Below, piece after piece: positions 26,330 through 39,329 of a stretch of DNA of 64,000 nucleotides; the first letter of the stretch is position 1; each line of letters begins with the position of its first letter. Position numbers and translations under genes: made by a program. Location: positions 6,221,149-6,285,148 of the forward strand of contig MU058213.1 of the NCBI GenBank assembly GCA_013265495.1, read 5' to 3'. The DNA comes from Vicugna vicugna (taxonomy: Eukaryota). Under the pieces are notes generated by a model, which saw only the letters and a list, made by a program, of their open reading frames with translations, made no database searches and had not been told where the DNA came from.

Positions 26330-26740
26330 TCATCAATCAATAAATTGTTGAGTTATCTACAAGGTGCTTAGCCCTGTGCAAGGCACAGGGACACACAGAA
26401 GAGTATATGAGGCACAGCCATGTTCAATAACCAAATGTGGTCGGCCTCTACGGGGAAAGGACTAACAAGCAACGTGCACGTGATAGAAGCCACAGAATCA
26501 ATTCTTCGGCTTATTTTAAAAATTGGAAGAGTTCAGAGAAGGGAAGTGACATGAGTGAGTCAGAGTAGTCAGGAAAGGGTAGGTGGAGGAGTGGGAGCTT
26601 GGGCTGGGTCTGGCAGATGCAGAGGACTTGGTTGGCCAATGGGGAAGAGGGGGGCTTTCCAGGGACAGCACAACTGAAGGCACAGAAACAGCGAAAGCAA
26701 GTCAGCACGGCGGCTGAGGAAGCCTAGTGATGAAAGCACC
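26330..26740 (-). mobile_element. L2 3' region
   Basis: TCAATCAATAAATTGTTGAG...GTGCTTAGCCCTGTGCAAGGCACAGGGACACA...AGTCAGGAAAGGG...GGCTTTCCAGGGACAGCA. Confidence 0.7.
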
Positions 26741-26774
26741 ATTCTTGATTAGTCTAGTTCACAAAAGAAAGGGG

Positions 26775-26929
26775 CCACGTCAGCAAGATCTGGAAATTTG
26801 TTAGAACTGCAGAGTCCTGGCCCCACCCCAGCCCTGCTGAATGAGATGCTCTGGGTGGGATCAACAATCCGTGTTTTTATGAATTCTCCAGGTGATTCTG
26901 ACGCAAGCTAGAGCTTTTGAGAACCACTG
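26775..26929 (+). mobile_element. MER5A (hAT-Charlie) MITE
   Basis: CTGGAAATTTGTTAGAACTGCAGAGTCCTGGCCCCACCCCAG..CTGCTGAAT...CTCCAGGTGATTCTGACGCA...TTTGAGAACCACTG. Confidence 0.85.
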
Positions 26930-27949
26930 CTCTAGGGAAAAGACATGCTACAAATAAGCTTATAAATCTGTTCCTATGGAAGAAACTTCCAAACCATCTC
27001 TAAACAGAATTCATTGCATTTAGTTCTTGCTATAACTTAAATGGTGGTCCAGCAGCACGTACCAGGCACCAAGGCAAAGACACCGTGTGTGCACACGAGA
27101 GTGTGTGTGTGTACACAAAGACTAAATCAGTTGTCTGTCAAGACCTAACAGTTAATATACATCTGAGAAAGATCTAGAAAAATTAATGATTTAAGGAAGT
27201 AACAGAGGACTGATGTGACAGTCCTAGGGGACAAGAAATTTTATACACTGAAGACACAGAAAGGGACTTGACTGTGGTTACTTAGAACCCAGAAATAATA
27301 ACAGGAATATACCACATACCACCACTTCCACTTGTCACCCCATCATCCTTCCGTGGTTATTTACTGATCAGTTCCCCTGTCCCCACATGCTGGAGGTGAG
27401 ATCTGCACACTCTTGTGTTTTAAGCTTCTGTATCTGAGGACCGCCGATAATCCCCGCTTTTCACCACTCCTGCCAAACGGAGGTTGGGTTTATTTTGATC
27501 TGTGTTGGGTCTGCAGCTCATCGTTAGGTAACCTGGCCAATGCATTCAAGAAGAGAAAAACAGAAGGAATCAAAGTGAATTGCAGGGAGGGAAGGAGGGG
27601 GAAGTTCCCTGAAAGTCTAAAAGTAGGAACCAAGGATGGTATTTTTGGCTTGGGACTTTCTGTACCACATGAAATTATGAGAATGACTTAATTGTTCCTG
27701 TGCATTTGAAACCCGAGAGAGAGAGACCATAATGGCTGGGTTACACCCAGACCGACTAGAGCGGGAGTTAGACAGGGTGGCCTCCAGCCAACTAAGCCTG
27801 CTCTGCAGACAAGAGTGGCTGCGTCATTCATGTTTTCAGGGCCGGGCTGAGTCTGATGCCGGCTGGCTTTGCTCCTCCCCCTCAATCTCCCCAGAGCAGA
27901 CAGGGTGGTGTGTTACAGAGCAGGGTGCCATTTCAGGGGGAACCAGAGG

Positions 27950-28110
27950 GGCAGGGTGGGCTCCAGAAAGCCTGGGTTCTAGTCCTTCCTCTGTCTAGTG
28001 GCTGTGCGCCCTCAGGCAACAGCCTTAACTTCTGTTTCCTCATCTGTTGAACGAGAAAAGCAAACCGTGTGCCTTGGCTATTTCACGGACCCGTGGAGAG
28101 ACAAAATGCA
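27950..28110 (+). mobile_element. MIR SINE
   Basis: CTCCAGAAAGCCTGGGTTCTAGTCCT...GGCTGTGCGCCCTCAGGCAA...TTTCCTCATCTGT. Confidence 0.7.
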
Positions 28111-28377
28111 GGAACTGGTACAAAGAACATCGTTTGGAAAGTTAAGACGGCTATGCCACTGAGACTTATTCCTGGACTTTCTCCTTCGTTTTCACCACAG
28201 ATCTTTTGCATCCCTGTTCTTACAGGGGATACCCAACGGGTTGCCTGTCCTGTTTCCCTTTCTGCAGGAGGTGGCAGTCATGACGGTCAATGCCACCTTG
28301 CCACCTGAGCACAGGAGGAGACCCTGGAACCAAGCCAGATCAATCGGATTCTCAGGCCCAGAAATTTGAGAGCAGAG

Positions 28378-28560
28378 AGCCTTTTACTCCCCAGGGGGGC
28401 ACTTGGCAAGCTGTGGATTCACTTTCGGTTGTCACACTAAAGAAGGGGTACTACTGGCTTCTAGTGGGTGGAGCTTGAGGATGCAGGACCCTCCAACACG
28501 CAGGACAGCCCCTCACAACAAAGGATTAAGTGTCCGTAGCGTCAAGGATGAGAAACGCCC
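28378..28560 (+). mobile_element. MER20 (hAT-Charlie) MITE
   Basis: CCCCAGGGGGGCACTTGGCAA...TTCGGTTGTCACAC...CTACTGGCTTCTAGTGGGTGGAG...CAGGACAGCCCCTCACAACAAAG...TGAGAAAC. Confidence 0.85.
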
Positions 28561-28675
28561 GCAGGGTCCAGGCAGGTAATGAAGGGATGACTCTGGCAGT
28601 GGGGACGCTACGCTGCCTGGAGGGGCAGCCGCTCTGGACCTCCTGCTGACTGTCACTCAGGAAATGAGGGCTGAA

Positions 28676-28807
28676 GGTTGCCAGTTTTTCTAGAAAAAGC
28701 TGGAAATCTGGATTTTCACATGACAGTTTCTGATTTTTAAATCCTGGCTCAAATTCTTTTTAATGTAGCCTCATGGAGGCTAGGGGGTCACCGGTTTGCA
28801 ACCTCTG
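28676..28807 (-). mobile_element. MER102-like hAT-Charlie remnant
   Basis: GTTGCCAGTTTTTCTAGAAAAAGCTGGAAATCTGGATTTT...GATTTTTAAAT...CCGGTTTGCAACCTCTG. Confidence 0.6.
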
Positions 28808-29029
28808 ACCTGGAAGAAGATTGAAAGTCTCCTTCACAGCCCCGTGAAGCCATCCAGCTCCTCCCTCGACTTCCCTGGATGTTGTGAGGAAGCCCAGGAT
28901 GTCATATGTGTCCCTCAAAGCTTTAACTAGTACACAGCCCTGCACCCCTGTCTCTCTCATCTCCACCCAAATAAGAATTTGATCTCAGGGCTGCTTAGGG
29001 TTGGAAGGAACCTTAGAAAAAACAAAAAA

Positions 29030-29155
29030 TCTAGTCCTGACCTGCCAAGATAAACACCAACCAGTTACTTAACCTCTCCATGCCTCAGTTCCCTCATCTG
29101 TAAAATGCAGATGATAATGGTACCTCATTGGGCCGTTAGGAAGAGCGAATGAGTT
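29030..29155 (+). mobile_element. MIR SINE
   Basis: AGTTACTTAACCTCTCCATGCCTCAGTTCCCTCATCTGTAAAATG..GATAATGGTACCTCA is the MIR core. Confidence 0.85.
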
Positions 29156-29546
29156 CCTGTATCACCTCAACCTCCCTGAATCTTTTGCCTTTGGAAATCA
29201 TGCCCCAATGCTACTGCTGCTATTAAGAAAAATAATAAAACTACCACAATTGGGTCAAGAGAAATGTTAACGTTTGTTTGAGGCTTAGCAGAAAAACTTG
29301 ACCATGAAATCAGACTTTGCACCGTGTTTCCTCAGTTACACAGACATATTTTTGGTGCCCTCTGTGAACCCCAAAGAATATTTTGTATGCTGATGTGTGG
29401 TGGACCAACAAGTACTAGGGTGACTTGGTTTATGGTGATTCTGAGCAGGGGCATGCTTGGCAAGAGGGAAGGTGAGCCAAGAGAGGGCAGCAAACCATCC
29501 AACCGGCACTTGCCAAAAAAGAGAAACAAAAGTAAACAAGAAATTC

Positions 29547-29700
29547 GGAGGGAGGGTATAGCTCAAGCGGTAGGACGCATGCTCAGCATGCATGAGGTTG
29601 TGGGTTCAATCCTCAGGACCAACTCTAAAATTAAAGAAATAAACCTAATTTTCTCCCCCAACCCCCCCCAATTTATTAAATAAATAAACTTCTTTTTTTA
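29547..29700 (+). mobile_element. Vic-1-type SINE, long-tail form
   Basis: GGGAGGGTATAGCTCAAGCGGTAG...GCTCAGCATGCATGAGG..GGGTTCAATCC...AAACCTAATT..CTCCCCC; TSD AAAAGTAAACAAGAAATTC (29528-29546) / AAAAGTGTACAAGAAATTC (29701-29719). Confidence 0.92.
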
Positions 29701-30649
29701 AAAAGTGTACAAGAAATTCTTGGGCCACAGTGCAACAACTTCTCGCCACCTTAAGAATCGAGTGAATGCAGGTTTATGGCACGTCTAACCTGCCACAGGG
29801 CTGTGGCACTCTTTGCAGCAGCCAAGTCATTCTGGCCTGAATTCTTGCCAAGGCTACTTGACCCTCATAAAAATCCCTGACAGCAGAGTGGGTGCCATTT
29901 TTTTTTCCCTCTGCCTTTGAAAAGCTTCCTTGATGGCGCCCATTACAAAGAGAACAGGGTCTGCTCTCCAGACTGGAGGCCAAAATGTTAATTAACTTGG
30001 GACACCCAAGTCTGCCAAAAAAAAATTGTGGGTAGCACTCGCCCCTTCCAGCAGTATTAAGAGAAGAGAACGAAAGAAATGGAATGAAAATGAATAAAAT
30101 CCAGAAAGAATTCTGAAACTAAGACCAGATGACTTCATGTGCTTTTTTACATTTGTCCTTCCTATTTTATGTCTGATCACTCTGTGCCAGTATGGACTGG
30201 TCTTTGGATGACAAAATCCATTTCATCACGTGTGGACTGGACACTGGTTCTGCAGCTTTCCACTGCAGATTTCACAAAGGATTTATGGGAGTTCTGGATT
30301 CCTTAGCAATTCTTTTTCACTATTTCTATGAAAACACTGTGCTAAGTGAAATATCATACAAAGCAAAGAATGCATATTAAAAATTGAAACTATACTAGGA
30401 AAATAAATCTGGATTCAGTCCAAGTACCTATGAAAGTTGGTATTATTAAGATACCACTCATAAATGCTAATAACTAACTTCCCATGGCTTTATCAGCAAA
30501 GCCTCCAAAATCAGCTCAGTAGCCAAGAGTATTGTACAGCACCGACTTGCAGCCTTGCTAGGAGTGGTTCCCTCCAGAAGCAGAGAAGAATTTGCAATCT
30601 GGAGATGCCAATGGGGGAAGTATACTTTTCAATCTTGCTCTCTTCAACC

Positions 30650-30790
30650 ACCTATTCAATAAATATTCACTGTGTGCCTATTATGTGCCAGACACTTTGC
30701 TATGAGTTGGGAAATGGAGACAAACAAGACAGGTACTTTGCTCGCCCTAATGGAGCTTATAGTCCAACAAGGCAAGAAGACAGGTTAACA
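30650..30790 (-). mobile_element. L2 3' end
   Basis: ATTCAATAAATATTCACTGTGTGCCTATTATGTGCCAGACACTTTGCT...GCCCTAATGGAGCTTATAGTC. Confidence 0.8.
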
Positions 30791-31174
30791 ATCAATTCCA
30801 ACAGTTTGATAAAAGGCACAGATGGTAAGACATGCTCTTCTCCCCATTCTCCCTAAAAAATCCTGGAAGGAGGGAGCTGAGAGAATTTAATCTGACATGA
30901 CTCGTAGAGTCAAGATTTGGGGGGGGCAAACGCAAAACTCACAATCATAAGGTAAATCAACAGAGGAAATACTTTGGGAAGAGAGTGGCAGTTGAGACCT
31001 TCACAGAGAAGAGACGTGAGGGACAGATCTGGGAAAACACACTGTCTGGCTTGTCAGGAGCCCAGGAGTACTAAAGAAAAGTCACCGGAAAAGTGCCAGG
31101 AAAGAACGCTGGTGGGACATAGGGGAGGGTATGGGATAATGACAGGTGAAGACTTTTCCAAGAACTATACGTGG

Positions 31175-31345
31175 GCAATAATTCAATTTTTATGATAATC
31201 CTATGAGGTGGTAATATTATTATCACGCTCATTCTACAAATGAGGAAATCCTGAGGCAGAGGTCACAAAGCTTGTCCAAGGTTGTTAGTAAGTCATGGAG
31301 CCAGGATTCAAGCACACCCAGCCTGGCTTGAGAGCCTCTGTTCCA
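31175..31345 (-). mobile_element. MIR SINE
   Basis: AATCCTATGAGGTGGTAATATTATTATC...TACAAATGAGGAAA...CTTGTCCAAGGT...GGAGCCAGGATTCAA. Confidence 0.8.
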
Positions 31346-31999
31346 TGTTTATGTGTGCTGAAGACTTCAGACATGCCTTAGTAGGAAATGTGAAGTCTCG
31401 GAGGGTTTTAAGCAAGGTTTTAATTACATATAATTAAAACACTGATTTCAGAAATTCATGTAGCCACCAAATGTAGAATGAACTGGAGGGCTGAGCAGAA
31501 GGTGACTGACATTTCACGAACACCTCAGATGTTTTATCTTAAAATTTTATCTCATTATCCAGCAATCGGTCTGAAAGAGGCAGGTTCCCGTGTGGCTGAT
31601 TCTGGAACTAAATCTCAGAATACCCATCCACTCCTGTCTGTGGTGGAATCAGATTCTGAGGCCACCATCGAAGTCCCTGCTGTTTCGAACACACTGTCCT
31701 AGAAAAACTGGAGGCAAGGAAACCAGGCAGTAGATTTTTATAATTGTCAAAATGAGTGGTCGTGAGAGTTAGAGGAAGGGCTGAGAAGAAGACTTGATAG
31801 CTCATTTGGACAGTGCAATCAAGAGAAAGATGGAAGCTAAAAAAAAAAAAAAGGAAATGCCATCAGGATTTCAGAATTCTGAGACTGGAACACTTGTGGC
31901 ACCATTCACAGAAATTAAGAAATTAACAGTATGAGATGCTTTTGTTTTACTTGAGTTTGGGAAGCATGGGGTCGTAGAAGCCTACTGGACTAGTAACCA

Positions 32000-32190
32000 A
32001 GGTACTAACATTTACTAGGCACTGACTACTGGCCAGGCACTACTACAGGTGTTACATGAACCAACCAATTTACTTCTCACAAACTCTTTATCCTCATTTT
32101 AAAGATGAGAAAAAATAAGTAAGTTACCCAAGATCACTCACTCAGTGAGTAAAACCTAGAGCTGAACTCACAATCGACCTTGCAATAAAC
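32000..32190 (-). mobile_element. MIR SINE
   Basis: TAACATTTACTAGGCAC...GCCAGGCACT...TATCCTCATTTTAAAGATGAGAAAA...TTACCCAAGATCAC. Confidence 0.75.
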
Positions 32191-33144
32191 CCAGATCTGT
32201 TTAAATTCATGTCTGATAGGAACTGGACATTTCCTATAAATCTTAAGAGAAGACATGATACTGGGTGAGAAAGACTTTCACGGCTGGGGACTTCTAGAGA
32301 AACAGAACCAGTATGAATGGATACATGCCAGAAACCAATAAATTTCAGCTCGAACATGAAGTTTCTGTGGTCACCTATATTTACCCTAATTTCAAAACAA
32401 AGTAAATGGATTATGCAAAATTCTTTTAGAAACAAAAAGTAAAAGAAACACAATCACCCTCCTGTTTGTAATGCATCTAGCTGTTCAAAAATAAACAGGC
32501 TCCCTTCTGAGACAATGAGCTCTTAACCACATAGTCAAGAATTCCGTCAGAAATGGTCAGAAGGATTTCTAGACAAGGCAACGCTGAAACACAAGGACAT
32601 CGAGATAGATCTCTGTTAACTGGGGGACACTTCCTGCCATTTTTCCTTCACTGGTCACCTCTCAGTGTTACCCTTCTCACTGGGTGATGTTACTGGACTC
32701 TACTCAGAAGAGGTGTCCTTTGAGCCACCTTTACCACTTAAGGGAAGTGTCCCAGAGAAGCTATATCAGTACCTACAAATGGCTTTGACAATTTTAACCA
32801 TACGAGCTATTTTTTTTTTTAGTTTTGAAAAGTGAAATTAAAACAAAAAAGAAACCCACAGCACTTTCAGGCATAAAAGCCCAAACCTTTTGTGGTTAAA
32901 CAATCCAGACCATTTAAGAGGGCAGTCAAGTGTTTCTCAAGTTCAAAGTGCTTACCTAGCATGGTGCAGAAGGAAGCCGAGAGAGCCAGCGATGGGCTGA
33001 AAGGGAACTGTCCTGCTTACCTGGCGATTTTAACAACATAAGCAGCCCTGTCAGAGGGAAAGCGACATCTAATCGAGTCCTGACCCAGATTTTATTGACT
33101 CCAGGAAGCACATTGGTGGGGAGGGGGAGGGGGGAAGCACACTG

Positions 33145-33369
33145 TTCTGTTTTTGCTTTTTAACATGGCTGAAATCAGACTCTACCTTACAACTAATGGC
33201 ATCTCTCTCCTTCTAGTTAACAGTCTTTTTCTTTCCTAAATATACATTTAAAATGGTGCTTCTTAAAAATTGATGGCAACAGAAAATGGAAATAAGGTTG
33301 ACAGAAAATAAACAGTTTCTTACAAAAATAAACAAACCAACAGAGTCTTAGTTTTGATGAAATATGGTC
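33145..33369. mobile_element. MER46-like TcMar-Tigger remnant
   Basis: TTTTAACATGGCTGAAATCAG...CTTACAACTAATGGCATC...AAAATGGTGCTTCTTA..ATTGATGGCA...TCTTAGTTTTGATGAAATATGG. Confidence 0.55.
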
Positions 33370-36300
33370 ATTTCTGAACCTGATATGCTAAAAAAAAATT
33401 TCAACATGAAAATTCAAATTCCTATTTAAGAATTAGGGGTGATATGGAGAAGGGCTGTGTGCCCTTCTCTGGTGATTAGGTCAGCACTGGTGTGTGCTGC
33501 CCGCCCTGCCACGCCGGAGGAAGGGGGCCTCGAGGTTAAGGGAAAACAGCAAGCTTAGGGTCCCGCTGGCCCACAAGAGCATCTGGGGGGTTGTCACCTT
33601 CTATCACCACTAAAGCTTTCAGGGCTCTGGTGTTCTGAGTTCAGAGCTACAAAGAGCCTTCTGTGCGTGCTGTGACTTCTCTGGTCCCAGGAACCCCCGC
33701 TGGGTGCCTGGAGACAGAGGAAGCTCCCCAAAGCAGGATGAAAACAGAGTCTAGAGACATCTGAGGTTCAAGATATAAAGAGGGCGGAGGAGGGACTCTT
33801 CCCTTGCCCCAGCTGTACACTTGAATGAAGTGGGGCATCCTTCCACGTGGCCTCGGTCTTAGAGGGCAGGACCCACTTTGGCCACAAACTATAGTAAGAA
33901 AAGAAGGCTTAGATGGGAGAAGGTAGGGTAACTAAATTTTCTGAGGTCAAAGAACATGGCACAAAACCAGACAAGTACATAAATCTATGTGGGCAATGAG
34001 GCAGAGTATATGAAATCTAAACTGTTAGAAAAACCAGACCTTACCAGGGAGGGTGCCTAGTCAGTGAACACACAGAAATGAAAGTCTTGGTCAAATCACT
34101 TAAATCCTGAATTGTATTTTTTAAAAAATAACAGTTCAGTTTCCAATTAAAAAAAAAAAGTTAGAAAATCAGGCCATCTTGGGAAATTGGGCAGGTTTGG
34201 AGGTAGGGTCCGGGTTCCAGAGAATCTAGGTTGGTTGAAGGTGAGAAAAGGTGGGGAAGAAGCATCTCAAGAGAGGCTGATATACAGAGCTCCCCAAGTT
34301 CAAGGTGAATAGTCTTTCTCCCTGAAGCCCAGGCAGAAGAGAGCTGTGTCCTGCCTGTTTAATTCCGATCCAAGCTTCTCACACAGAAAGCAACACAGAG
34401 CAGAACCTCAGAATTATTGGCCGAACAAATGCCCAAGTGCGGCACCTACTTGGCTCAGACTGTTGGGCGAACTTGAGGAGTAAGGAGACTTACGCCCACA
34501 AGATGTTACAAGACTCCTAAGGGCCTCACTTCTATCAGCAAGTCACGAAGGCCTTGAGGAGAATCCAGATTGTCTCAACTGCAAATTACAAATTTTAAAT
34601 AGTAGTTCAATTGCTTTTTTAGTTTCAGCATTCCCAGGCTTTTTTGCAAAAATATAATGTTAGCCCAGGGAACTATCTTCCCCTTCAGCAGGGCTGCAAC
34701 AATCTAAATGAATTCAATTTTCCTTTTCTATTAGGGGGGAAAGGAAAACAAAAATCAAAACTCTCCAAATTACATAACCAGGGATTTTGTGGAAATGATC
34801 AAAGCTTGACTGAAAGCCTTAAATTCCTGTAGCGAATCCCAGTCAGCAGGGTGTGAGATCAGCTGCCCCGCACACAGAGCCCTGATAAGCTGTGGCTGGG
34901 GATGATTTACAAGTTCACCTCAGGGTTTTCTAGAGTTTGACAGTGCAACCTAATAACATCTCCTTTAGAAGAACAAGTACGAAAATGTACATGTCCAGTT
35001 GTTTTATGAGCTTTTTAAAATGAAGGCATACTAATAGTCATTTTTTAAAATTAATCTAGCATTTCCTTCTTACATTTCTGGTAAATTAATTAAAATTAAA
35101 CAAGCTTTTGCTTCTTAAACTGACCCCAGGCTGGGGAAAAGCTGCTGAGTGTGGAACAAGAGGTCTGTTTTCACCGCTTCTGTCGTGGCCCTCTGTTAGC
35201 TTGGGTAAGTCTTTGCACTCTCAGTATTGGGCCTTGATTTTCTTGCCTGGCAAGTGGGGGACATGGCTTGACACCCCCCACACACAGCTCCTTCCAGCTC
35301 TGATCTCTATGAACTATGACCCGAGCTGTCCAGTGAATCAGAACGTGGAGGCAGCAAGAATCTTCTCAAAGCACAACTGGAACTTTCAAAGCGGCGTGAA
35401 GAGGAAACTCACCACACACTCTTCATGGTCCTGGATGCCGTGAAGACCAAACTCCAATCAGACTCAAAGGTTCAGTTCCTCTTCTATTGGGCACATTTTT
35501 TATTATCAGGTGCTTACGTGGAAAAAAAAAAAAAAACCCAGACAACTATATATTTCTCTCAATACACAAATAATTCTCACTTCCTCCGGAAAATTGCACA
35601 GTAGAATTAGTTGGGTGGTCAGCCTGAACCCATCTCCCACTTTAAAATCACACAATGTTTTTCAGCGTCACGTGAACTGGTGATATTTGTTGGTTTTAAA
35701 ATAATCCTTGGAGCCTGAAAGACTCCTACACAACAGAATTACTTTTTTTTTATTTTATCCTTATGATTTTGTCTATAGACCTTTCTTTTAAAATGTGCAT
35801 TGTACTTGTATATCTTATAGCTATGCTTTAATTAAAGATGTGATCACTACATACATTCCTCCTTTTGTCAGCGTAGGATACTGGAAAATGACTCAAAATC
35901 ATCCAGTTCAGAGTCCATCTCTTATTGGCTGAATGGCCCAGAGCCCACCCTCTTCCTGAAGATGTAAAAAGGGTCAGGGAACTCCTTGGGAGCAAAGGAG
36001 AAGAGCCTGGGAAGGTCCTAAGCAGCAGGACTCAGGCAACCACCTACATGCACCCTTAGAAGTGGAACCTGGCTGCAGCTTATTGGATGGAGAAGGAACT
36101 AACATGGCCGTGATTGTACCACCTCCCCTCTGCAGGGAAGCTGTTTTTCTACTTGACTCTTCCAAGGAGCACGGAGCTTTCTGCAGGAGTCCCCAGTCTG
36201 GTCCTCCACCTTTTCTCTGCTTCTCATCCCCACACACCCAATACAAGTGCAGCCCTGCGTCACCGACTGCCTGTTTGCCTCTGCCATTTTGTAAAAATTT

Positions 36301-36389
36301 TTCAGGAAATCTAGTCCTAAATATGACTTTTCATACTGACACTTTGTAGGCATTATATAAATATTTGCATTTATTTGCCTTAAAAACAG

Positions 36390-36605
36390 TACACTGTGGA
36401 GAAATCAGGGGGGCAAGTATGGAGGCAGAGACTAACTGGGACTATCCTCCACCATTCTAGGTGAGAAAGGGTGGTCTTTGAATTAGGGCGGCAGCTATGG
36501 AGTGATATAAAGCTGTCAGGTCTGCTGTCTTTTTAAGCGGAAATGACGAGCCATGCTGATGGCTGGATGTGGGGGTGAGAGAAAGAGTGAAGTCAGGGAA
36601 AGGCT
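36390..36605 (-). mobile_element. L2 fragment
   Basis: GGGGGCAAGTATGGAGGCAGAGA...TCTAGGTGAGA...TGCTGATGGCTGGATGTGGGGGTGAGAGAAAGAG. Confidence 0.7.
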
Positions 36606-37589
36606 AGGTTGGGCTGCCATCTTCAGACACATCCTGGGCCAGTGACACCCTCTTCCTTCCCCTCTCCGACACTACGAGAGAAGGAGACTGGCCCAAGAGC
36701 AAGGGCAGGAGTACAGGGGCTCACCCCTGGCTGAAAGGAGGCGGGGAGGCAGAGCCTCACGGAGGTTCTTACCTCTGAAGGAGATGGAGCGGGGTGGTGG
36801 GGCTGGTAACAGCAGGAGCAGCTGCACTGGTGACAGTTCTGATTTCGTCGCACTACACCCAGCGGGCACGGGGCTGGGTGACAGACGTATCAACAAAGAG
36901 AGGGAGAGAAAGTTCACCCGTGGCTATTAACTGGGCAGTAAAAAGCTCTGTGGAATTTGGCCTTTGCTCAAACCAAAGAAAAGAGGCAGGAGCAGAACAG
37001 GGCATTTTCTCACACTGGGGAAGTGGCTTCAGCCTGGACCTGTGCTACCTCCCAGGGTGTGGACTGGAAGAGAGATACCGTAGGAGGGAACAGAGCTTGA
37101 TCCCATTCCCAGACTCAAACCGTCAAAATTTTAAGCTCTGGAAAGGAACCAACCTGCCCCGGGTTGGCGACTGAGCAGACACTGAACCAAAGGAGTGATG
37201 GGGAGGACATCAAACTTCATTTCACAGCCTCTGTGAACCCCCAATGTGGTGCTGGTTTTGGTCTCTCTCCAATCCATAGAACATGAAGTAGCATAACTGT
37301 TAGTAGCTTATGAAGACAGATCATGGAAACTGAAAGGACATACACAATTTCAGCGGCCCAGAGATAAGCCTGATCCAAACCAGATGTTTCGAGCAAAGCG
37401 GAGAGGATGTCACCAGACCCCCACACCTAGGGCAGCCCACACTGGCTTCCAGCGTGGCTGTACGGCACCTACAGGGCTAAGCAGTGAGGGCTGCTGAAAA
37501 TCCAAGAAATGGGGAAAGGAGGCACCGGCGTTGCTTACAACCATTTATTCTCAAGAAAACAAAGGCAGAGATATAGTACCCACTTACAT

Positions 37590-37700
37590 TCTCTGAGGGC
37601 ACTTTTATCCCCATTTACAGATGGGGAAACTAGCTCAGAGAGATTAAGCAACCTTGCATATAATTAATCAGGGCAGATCAGGATTTGAACTCAGCACTCC
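37590..37700 (-). mobile_element. MIR SINE
   Basis: TTATCCCCATTTACAGATGGGGAAACT..CTCAGAGAGATTAAGCAAC...CAGGATTTGAACTCAG. Confidence 0.8.
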
Positions 37701-37854
37701 GGTGACATCACAGCCGCTTCTTAAAGATTACTGTCATTGGCAAGTGGTAAGGAGGGACTCAAAAGGAGACTTGAGTCTAAGGCTATAAGTAATAAGTACA
37801 AGAATATTATCAATAATGACCATAATACCTAATGTTTACAGAATGCTTAGTATT

Positions 37855-37950
37855 TATTTATCACATATTTATTGAGCTCCTACTGTGTGCCAGGCACTGC
37901 TATGGGCAGTGGGAATATAGCTTCCCCGAGGAGCTTACATTCTAGTGGAG
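37855..37950 (-). mobile_element. L2 3' end
   Basis: CATATTTATTGAGCTCCTACTGTGTGCCAGGCACTG...GGAGCTTACATTCTAGTGG. Confidence 0.8.
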
Positions 37951-38020
37951 AAAACTTCATGCCAGGTCCCATGACTTACACTGTTTAATCCTCAACACTG
38001 TGATGTACATACTGTTGGGG

Positions 38021-38103
38021 GTTTTTTTAATGGAGGTACTCAGGATTGAACCCAGGACCCTGTGCATACTAAGCACGCACTCTACCACTGAGCTATAACC
38101 TCC
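38021..38103 (-). mobile_element. Vic-1-type SINE, short-tail form (tRNA-Ala head plus A tail), inserted in a MIR (~37955-38170)
   Basis: Reverse complement GGAGGTTATAGCTCAGTGGTAGAGTGCGTGCTTAGTATGCACAGGGTCCTGGGTTCAATCCTGAGTACCTCCATT-A7; A and B boxes recognisable. Confidence 0.9.
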
Positions 38104-39329
38104 ATTCAATGAGGAAATCAGAGAGGTTAAGTGACTTCCCTAATGTGCCAAAGCTAGAAGATGACGGGGAGCCAAGGGTAGGGAGCTCCCCAGAATCGCA
38201 GGACCAGTTCAGTTCATTAGATGCCCCCATAGCAACCCTAAATGTGCACTTTTGGAAGAAAATGGGCCAAAGAATCAGAATATAAACACACGGGTAGCTC
38301 CAAACCCAAAGAGATTTTGACATCTGTTCAAAAGAGCTGCAGAAACACTTTGAAGGACATTTGAGGACCTTTGCAAATCAAAGGGAAGAGGAAGCCCACC
38401 CAAACTTTCCCACAATTTAGTGTTCCTTCCAAGTTCACGGCATCATATGACTCGTATGGAAACTGCCAGCTGTCAAACACCAGGCAGCCCTGCTTCCTGG
38501 ACAACCAAGGCTTTTTGATTCTCTCTTAAGGTCTTTCAAAGAGCAAACCACAGCCATCCCCACTTCCCAGAACCCTCCACCGATTGCAGCGTGAGATCAA
38601 ATCCCTAATGGACAGGGCGGACTGGTATTTCAAACATGTAACATTGGAATGCAGATTAATAATTTACTAATGGCTCTAAACAAATATTGTTCATGCTGGG
38701 GTGGGGAACTCTTCAGCTTGAAAAAAAAAAAGCTTCCACTTAAATTGGGAAGTGAGTCAGATTACTTCAGTATTTGCAGACTTCAAAATAACCGTCTTAG
38801 AATTCAATACTTATTAATGCTGATGGTTCGTTTTTTAAGAATTAATCATTCCCAGCTTCGATATTCTGCTTCAGCATAAAGTTCGCTTTATTCTGCATGT
38901 GGATTCCTTCACTCTCTGCCCAAATAAATTAATACCTATTCCAGAGTCTGGGGCTGCGATCAATGAAAAACCACAGTAAATTCCTAAGCAGTAATAGATA
39001 TTCCACATGGCTTGAAACGGTCGAGGGAGAATTTTTTTTTTTCAGGTTACGAATCAAAGAACTGTAATTGAAGACCTTAAAAATCAAGCAGCCATGGCTT
39101 CTTTCTCAAGGTATCTGATGTTGACTTCAAGGATCATTTAAGGTAAACTTCCCTCTCCAAGGCCTCCCTTGCTGTCTTTTTCACGAGGTTCTCCCTCAAC
39201 AGTATATACTTGGCATTAGGCTGGTGGTATCAATTTAAAATGACAGCCGTGAAACATGCTAGACTAAGTGTGTAGAAAAGTAAATACTTCAGTAAATATC
39301 CCCAAAGTCTGTTGCCAGAATTCAACCTA

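Noticed and set aside
38021..38103. tRNA gene (Ala-like body, AGT anticodon), and the other tRNA-like heads
   Set aside because: A tails, TSDs, insertion into older repeats and broken stems show these are SINE copies, not functional tRNA genes.
39046..39142. Plus-strand candidate exon (T11-CAG acceptor, GCAGCCATGG Kozak, donors at 39110 or 39142)
   Set aside because: AG dinucleotides sit immediately upstream of the T run, the donors are mediocre, and the peptide is unrecognisable. Not supportable without RNA data.
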